The translations under genes and the position numbers were made by a program. The notes beneath the pieces were generated by a model, which did not search any database, was not told the origin of the DNA, and was given only the letters and a program-made list of their open reading frames with translations. From the NCBI GenBank assembly GCA_965207065.1, contig OZ242260.1:3648001-3712000 (forward strand): a stretch of DNA of 64,000 bases. The letters are read 5' to 3'. This stretch comes from a bacterium. Lineage in GTDB: Bacteria; UBA8248. Each line of letters begins with the position of its first letter. The stretch's first letter is position 1. Positions 58,475 through 64,000 of the stretch are shown here, in pieces.

Positions 58475-59164
58475 TTATTCTTCTAGAATATATTCGAAAA
58501 CCAAAGAGGCGGCCACCAGGAATACAACATCATACACCAACATCAAGCGAATCCAATCCCTTGAATCCGCCCAACCGCCACCGCCGAGATGAGCTTCGGT
58601 CGCCTTGGCTGCGGCGATCAGAACAGGCACGAGAACGGGAAACATCAAGACGGGCAGCAAGACCTCGCGCGTTCGCGTGCGCGCGCTCATTGCTGAGAAC
58701 AAAGTACCCGCAGCCGCGATTCCAACTGTGGCGGATATGGCGACGAGCGCAAGTGCACCGGCCGATTTCCACACGTTCGCTTGATAGAGAACGGCCAGAA
58801 CGGCGAAGCCCACCAGTTCCATAATCCCCATCAAAACGGCCACGGACACCACTTTGCCCAAGTACAGCGCGGAGGGGTCGGAAGGACTCAGGTACATGGC
58901 CGAAAACCCCGCACTCTCGCGCTCCACGCTCATGGTCCGAGAAAGCCCGATGACACAGGCGAACAAGAAGGATATCCACAGAATACCCGCCTGCACGGCG
59001 CGGGCGTTCTCTCCGCTGCCGCCCCCCGGGCCAAAGGCGAAGCTGAACAACGTGAGCACCAGCAGCGCAAAAACCACCATGACGAGTAGGCTTTCCTTCG
59101 TCCGCCATTCTAGGCGCAAATCCTTTTCCACGACCGCGAATAGGACGGAGAAAAAACGCCTCAT
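58475..59164 (-). CDS. ccmB: Heme exporter protein CcmB
   Basis: KDLRLEWR, E.E.G, LYLGK, REVLLPVL.FP..VPVLI. Confidence 0.93.
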   Translation of the reverse strand: MRRFFSVLFAVVEKDLRLEWRTKESLLVMVVFALLVLTLFSFAFGPGGGSGENARAVQAGILWISFLFACVIGLSRTMSVERESAGFSAMYLSPSDPSALYLGKVVSVAVLMGIMELVGFAVLAVLYQANVWKSAGALALVAISATVGIAAAGTLFSAMSARTRTREVLLPVLMFPVLVPVLIAAAKATEAHLGGGGWADSRDWIRLMLVYDVVFLVAASLVFEYILEE

Positions 59165-59865
59165 GCCGGACCTTCGGAGGACTCATCGAACGCGGCCAAC
59201 AACTCTTCTTCTTTCGAATTATCAGCATTCCCCTCATAGGCAAGCCTGCCACCACCTAAAACGGCGATCCTGCCCGCCATATCAAAGGCTTTTGACAGGT
59301 CGTGCGTCGTAAACACCACGATGCGAGCATGATGCTCGCAAAGCGCACGCACGACGCTCTCCAGACGTCCGGCGGCTTCGGGGTCAAGGCCGGAGAATGG
59401 CTCATCGAGCAAAACGACTTCAGGATCGTGTAAAAGCGCGCGCGCAAGGGATGCGCGCTGCCTGAGGCCCTGGCTCAATACGCGCACGGGCTCAGCGAGA
59501 CGATCCGTAATGCCGAGCGTCTCCGCCAACAACTCCACACGCCCCGAAATATCTCCACTCTCCATGCCAAAGAGCTTGGCGAAATAGCCGAGGTTTTCAC
59601 GTATCGTCAGACCTGCATAGAGCATGGGTTCGTGTGTGAGCAGGCCGATTCCACCCTTCGCCTCGCGGGAGATCGGCTCCCCGCCTACCCTCACCGTTCC
59701 TTCCGTGGGCATCAACAGACCGGCAAAGGTTTTGAGAAGCGTGGTCTTGCCCGAGCCGTTCTTGCCAAGAAGAGCCAGCGTCTCTCCTGGGGAGACGGAC
59801 AGGTTCAAATCCTTGAGCGCCCACCTCCATCCATATCGCCTGGATACGCCAAGAGCCTCCAGCAC
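59161..59865 (-). CDS. ccmA: Heme ABC exporter ATP-binding protein CcmA
   Basis: GKNGSGKTT, LSQGLRQR, LLDEPFSGLD; coupled to ccmB. Confidence 0.9.
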   Translation of the reverse strand: MLEALGVSRRYGWRWALKDLNLSVSPGETLALLGKNGSGKTTLLKTFAGLLMPTEGTVRVGGEPISREAKGGIGLLTHEPMLYAGLTIRENLGYFAKLFGMESGDISGRVELLAETLGITDRLAEPVRVLSQGLRQRASLARALLHDPEVVLLDEPFSGLDPEAAGRLESVVRALCEHHARIVVFTTHDLSKAFDMAGRIAVLGGGRLAYEGNADNSKEEELLAAFDESSEGPA

Positions 59866-59878
59866 GGCATCCGCCCTC

Positions 59879-60781
59879 TTAGTCCGAGAGTTCTTTCAGG
59901 CGCTCGTAACGCGTTGCGCGCTCGCGGCCATGATCGTCGGCGGAAATCTCTCCCGCTGCAAGCCTGTCATCGAGCAAAGCGATGGCGCGCAGTATCTCCT
60001 CGCGCTCCACCTGGGCGGAGTAGGCCGTGTTCCTTTTTCTGCGGATGTAAACCCCCACCCCCAGGCTCAAGACGACCATAACGCCACCTACGATGTAAAA
60101 AACACCCAAGCCGCCCATCGAATCGGGCGCCTGCATATCGATCTGCACCACCGCACCCGCCTTCGCAGTCCCCACGAAACGATTGTATTCCCTGTTCTGA
60201 AACTTGACGTCGGGCTGTACTGAAAGGCCGATAGCCTGGGCCTGTACGCGATCTTTCTCGGGCAGGACGGCCAGACTCGGTGTGTCGTAAAGAATCGGTT
60301 TTTCCACCCTGATGCCGCCGAATTCATCCTCGAGCCGATAAAGCAGGACGATAAATTTACGTCCCGGTGGTATGGGTTCGCTCGTTCTCAGTTCATTCCC
60401 CACAGAGGCGAGGAATTTAGGGTCCAACCCGGAGGGCGCCGCGCCCCATCGCGCTCTGGGGTTTCTGATGTTGCTGCTTCTCGGCAAAACGAAGCGCAGC
60501 GTGGGAGCGCCGCCTTTCGAGACGATGGTGGCGCTGCCCTCGTTCTCGAAATCCATCATCTCCACAAACTCGAAAAAACCCTTCTCCAGCCGGATGGTGA
60601 CGATGTCGCGTTTGAGCTTGAGACGGGAGAGGTCGGTCGTCGTGGGGCCTGAGGTTTGAACCTTCGCCTTGGGCGGCGCGGCCTGTAATTTCGCCGTACC
60701 CGCATATGAGAAGACGGGCGCGGAACAGGCCACGAATAAGCTCAGGAAGATAAATGACCAAGTGGGTCTGAAGCGTTTCAA
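59879..60781 (-). CDS. Hypothetical membrane-anchored periplasmic protein in the ccm operon
   Basis: Signal peptide, beta-rich body, C-terminal transmembrane helix, then REEIL.AIA.LDD...AGEI tail. Confidence 0.6.
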   Translation of the reverse strand: MKRFRPTWSFIFLSLFVACSAPVFSYAGTAKLQAAPPKAKVQTSGPTTTDLSRLKLKRDIVTIRLEKGFFEFVEMMDFENEGSATIVSKGGAPTLRFVLPRSSNIRNPRARWGAAPSGLDPKFLASVGNELRTSEPIPPGRKFIVLLYRLEDEFGGIRVEKPILYDTPSLAVLPEKDRVQAQAIGLSVQPDVKFQNREYNRFVGTAKAGAVVQIDMQAPDSMGGLGVFYIVGGVMVVLSLGVGVYIRRKRNTAYSAQVEREEILRAIALLDDRLAAGEISADDHGRERATRYERLKELSD

Positions 60782-61389
60782 CTTAGCTGGCGCCCACAGG
60801 CGGCGCAGAAATTATCCGTTTGGCTCACGGCGTTGCCGCACGAGGCGCAAAACCGGGGTTTCGGGCTTTTCGCTTGCTCATCAGATGGCGGATCGGCCAA
60901 TTCAACTGGCGATTTACCCACCTGTTTTCTATAGCGCAGGATTTCCGCCTCCAGGCGCTCATCGAGCGAGTGTGGCTTCTCAATCACGACTTTTTCGGTT
61001 GGCGGGCGTTTCGTTTCGAGCCGTGCCGCCGCCTCGGTCGCTTCTCGTTCGCTAATTCGAACGGGCGCCATGCCCTCCTTCACCCCTCGGGCATCGAGGC
61101 GTCTGAGCACCCCTACCGCACGGGCGCGTGCAGGCGTCATCATCTGGTCGTAGTCTTCATCGGAGAGCTTGCCCATCTCCTTGTCGAACTCGATATCCAT
61201 GATGTTCTTGTAGGCCTGCTCACGCTCCATCAACAGTCGCGTCACCTCCCGGTCCGTAAGCGGCTGAGCGCTATCCTCATCCGGCAAGACGCCCTGGGCC
61301 GTCTGGGGGCGCATGATGGGCAAGATGGTGTAGAAAAACGCCGCGCCTACGGCCCCTGTAGCGATGATGACCCCCAGAATTTCCATCAC
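60778..61389 (-). CDS. CcmI-like N-terminus plus C-terminal zinc ribbon
   Basis: N-terminal transmembrane helix, I.DIEFD..MGKLS.EDY, FCASCG...FCAACG. Confidence 0.7.
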   Translation of the reverse strand: MMEILGVIIATGAVGAAFFYTILPIMRPQTAQGVLPDEDSAQPLTDREVTRLLMEREQAYKNIMDIEFDKEMGKLSDEDYDQMMTPARARAVGVLRRLDARGVKEGMAPVRISEREATEAAARLETKRPPTEKVVIEKPHSLDERLEAEILRYRKQVGKSPVELADPPSDEQAKSPKPRFCASCGNAVSQTDNFCAACGRQLS

Positions 61390-61390
61390 G

Positions 61391-63355
61391 CTAAGCCCGC
61401 TTTTTTCTTCGCCTGCCCCAGCGCTCCGGCAGGAAGCAGACGATTGAGCCGAGCGTGAAGACGACGCCTCCCGCCCACACCCAGTTCACCAACGGGTTCA
61501 CCATGAACTTGAACGTGGCCGTGCCGTCGGGGTCCGCCTCTGCGAAGACGGCATAGATGTCCGAACGCGCCCCCCGGCGGATGCCGGGCTCCGTCGTCGG
61601 CTGCGGCGGCGTGAAATAAAGTCTTTTCTCCGGTTCCACTTCTCCGATGCGATACCCCGCCCGATAGACGCCCAGGCGCGCGAAGGCGGAGCGGTATTGC
61701 GGCGTCGTGTTCTCGCGAATCCCCTCATAGCGCATCCGTACGCCGTTGAGCGCGAAACTCTCGCCCAGGCGCAGTCGCACCTCACCCACTTCCTGATAGG
61801 CCGAGGACGCCGCTACGCCCACGAACAATATCGCCATTCCCAGGTGGACGATGTAGCCCCCGAATCGCCTCTTGTTGCGCATGGTGAGTTCCCACGCGGC
61901 CTGGACGATGCGCTCCCCCTGGTGACGAACGCGCGAGGATATACCCCGCCAATACTCCAAAACGATGGTTCCCACTACGAACGCGCTCAAACCGAACGCG
62001 AGCGCCGCGTATACGTGGTGGACGCCGAATAGCATCAAAACGACCAGGGCGCCCACGGCCACCACCGAGGGATAGACGAAACTCCTGTTCATCTGTTTTC
62101 GCGAGGTCCTGCGCCATGCGAAAAGAGGACCCGCGCCGCAAAGCAAAATCAGCAACAGCCCGATGGGCACGTTCACCTGATTGAAAAACGGCGGCCCCAC
62201 GGTGACCTTGACGCCCTTCACGGCTTCAGAGACGACCGGAAAAATCGTCCCCCAGAAGACGGCGAACGTGATGCCCATGAGTACGACGTTGTTGAGCAGA
62301 AAACTCGCCTCGCGCGAGAAGAAGCTCTCCATCTCGTGTTCGCTCTGAAGTTCGGGCAGACGCCAAATCATCAGGCCAAAGGATATGACGACCGCCACCA
62401 ATAAGTAGACCAGAAACGCCCAGCCGAACGATGAGTCCGCAAAGGCATGCACGCTCGAGATAATGCCGCTTCGCGTGAGGAAAGTGCCGAAAATCGTGAG
62501 TGCGTATGTGATGATGATGAGCGAGACGTTCCAGACCTTGAGCATCCCGCGTTTTTCCTGAATCATCACCGAATGCAGAAAAGCGGTCCCCACGAGCCAG
62601 GGCATGAGGCTCGCGTTCTCCACCGGGTCCCACGCCCAGTATCCGCCCCAGCCCAGTTCCTTGTAGGCCCATGCGCCGCCGAGCAGGATGCCGACGCCGT
62701 TGAAGAACCAGGCGAACAGCGTCCAGCGGCGCGTTGAGGTGATCCAGTCGGTATCGAGCTTGCCGCTCGCCAGGGCGCCGATGCAAAAGGCAAAAGGAAC
62801 GGCGAAACCCACGTAGCCGAGATACAGATTGGGCGGGTGGATCACCATCCCCCAATCCTGGAGCAGCGGGTTCAGGCCGCGTCCATCCGCTGGGGGGGTA
62901 GCAAGCGTATCAAAGGGCGGGGTGACGAAATTGAGAATCACCAGGAAGAAGAGCGCCGTGGCCATGAGCGTAGCCGTGACATACGGCATCAATTCCAGGT
63001 TCCTGTGGCGGTTTTGCCGGATGACGACGAACGCATACACGCACAAGAGCAAGAGCCACAGCAGTAGGCTGCCCTCCTGCCCTCCCCAGAACGCGCTGAA
63101 GCGGTAAAAGCCGTTCAACGTGTTGTTGACGTGTCCCGCCACGTATTCCACGCGGTAATCGCGCACCATCAACAGATAAACGAGGGCCACACTCGCGCCG
63201 CTCACCAGCCAGAAAACTCCGATGGCGGCGTTTCGGCCCGCGGCGATGAGGTCGGCCCTGCGCTTTATAGCGCCGAAAATGCAAGCTCCGATCCCGAACA
63301 CCGCCAGGACGAGCGACGCCAGCAAACTGTAATGTCCGAACTGGATGGCGATCAA
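61391..63355 (-). CDS. ccmF: Heme lyase CcmF
   Basis: WGGQEGSLLLW, GLNPLLQ, IHPP, WAY.ELGWGGYWAWDPVEN, SVHAF. Confidence 0.96.
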   Translation of the reverse strand: MIAIQFGHYSLLASLVLAVFGIGACIFGAIKRRADLIAAGRNAAIGVFWLVSGASVALVYLLMVRDYRVEYVAGHVNNTLNGFYRFSAFWGGQEGSLLLWLLLLCVYAFVVIRQNRHRNLELMPYVTATLMATALFFLVILNFVTPPFDTLATPPADGRGLNPLLQDWGMVIHPPNLYLGYVGFAVPFAFCIGALASGKLDTDWITSTRRWTLFAWFFNGVGILLGGAWAYKELGWGGYWAWDPVENASLMPWLVGTAFLHSVMIQEKRGMLKVWNVSLIIITYALTIFGTFLTRSGIISSVHAFADSSFGWAFLVYLLVAVVISFGLMIWRLPELQSEHEMESFFSREASFLLNNVVLMGITFAVFWGTIFPVVSEAVKGVKVTVGPPFFNQVNVPIGLLLILLCGAGPLFAWRRTSRKQMNRSFVYPSVVAVGALVVLMLFGVHHVYAALAFGLSAFVVGTIVLEYWRGISSRVRHQGERIVQAAWELTMRNKRRFGGYIVHLGMAILFVGVAASSAYQEVGEVRLRLGESFALNGVRMRYEGIRENTTPQYRSAFARLGVYRAGYRIGEVEPEKRLYFTPPQPTTEPGIRRGARSDIYAVFAEADPDGTATFKFMVNPLVNWVWAGGVVFTLGSIVCFLPERWGRRRKKRA

Positions 63356-63428
63356 CTGAAGACTCCCGGGGTGGAGGGGATATTCAAGACAGCACGAGAT
63401 ACAAGGGTCTTTCCTCGCGGATTTGGGG

Positions 63429-63905
63429 CTAACGGGCCTCAGACATCTGCTTGCGCTTCGTGGCTTGTTTCATCAATGCCTCGTGATCCGTCGGTATGCT
63501 CTCCCCCGCCTCCTTCATTTCCTCGAATTTCGAGGGGCACGCTACCATCAGGTTCTTCGCCACCAAAACCCCTTTGCCGTTGAGCTTTCCCTCGGCAATG
63601 ACCGGAAACCCGTTCTCGAGCAAATCGGGGGGAACCCCCTTGTAACTCACGGGCAAGGTCCCCTTCTCACCCTGGATATGGAAGGCGAGCAGCATGGCGT
63701 CGGGATTTTTCTGGAGTGTCCTGGGCACAATCTTGCCCTGCACCCTGATGCCGCGTCCCCCCAGAGCCGGCGCCTTCTGGGACACCTCGTCCACGGTCAG
63801 GAAGTACACCAGATTCTCGCTCTGGAACCCTGAAATGGCCAGATAGGCGAAAGCGCTCAAGATGACAACGCCCGCGATAATAAACTTGATTTTCTGAACG
63901 CTCAT
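63429..63905 (-). CDS. ccmE: Heme chaperone CcmE (Cys-type)
   Basis: N-terminal transmembrane helix, YFLTVDE, IRVQG, V.Y.G..PD, V.AEG, CPSKF. Confidence 0.9.
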   Translation of the reverse strand: MSVQKIKFIIAGVVILSAFAYLAISGFQSENLVYFLTVDEVSQKAPALGGRGIRVQGKIVPRTLQKNPDAMLLAFHIQGEKGTLPVSYKGVPPDLLENGFPVIAEGKLNGKGVLVAKNLMVACPSKFEEMKEAGESIPTDHEALMKQATKRKQMSEAR

Positions 63906-64000
63906 CCATTACCTCTCGGCGGCCCAAAACAGCGTCTGTCAAGAATACGACGCTCGTATGTTTCTTTCAACCGAGCCGTGGGCATAGCCTCCACATAACT

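Noticed and set aside
1-64000. tRNA, rRNA, selA/selB/selC/selD, integrase or transposase genes
   Set aside because: None recognised in this window, so the Sec machinery is inferred to be elsewhere and remains unverified.

Overview
Bacterial chromosomal window, mostly GC-rich, with about 60 supportable CDS. Core genes: the rimP-nusA-ylxR-infB-ylxP-rbfA-truB-rpsO-pnp cluster, a 2-oxoacid/acetoin dehydrogenase E1a/E1b/E2 operon, ada, a UvrD/PcrA helicase, miaB, hup, and a complete cytochrome c maturation (ccm) operon. Accessory content: catabolic enzymes, an Fe3+/polyamine-type ABC importer with two ATPases, and a 26.3-32.5 kb defence patch (MNT-HEPN, HicB, a BglII/BstYI-like R-M pair, a Dam-like MTase, BrnA). 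Three signals go beyond the ORF track. (1) Two hidden selenoproteins, a DsbA/FrnE-like protein with CxxUxxC (TGA 1463-1465) and an AhpD/CMD-like protein with CxxU (TGA 27745-27747). Each TGA is followed by a hairpin whose GGNC loop starts exactly 21 nt later, so both unrelated proteins encode Gly-Arg at +8/+9; this looks like a shared SECIS grammar. (2) A gradual low-GC valley centred on the essential translation operon. (3) A modular MITE family: one copy has a 5-bp target-site duplication, and two inverted copies bracket the R-M genes in a patch where every toxin is lost or frameshifted while antitoxins remain. No rRNA, tRNA, CRISPR array or transposase was recognised. All family calls are from motif recognition by eye, not database searches.
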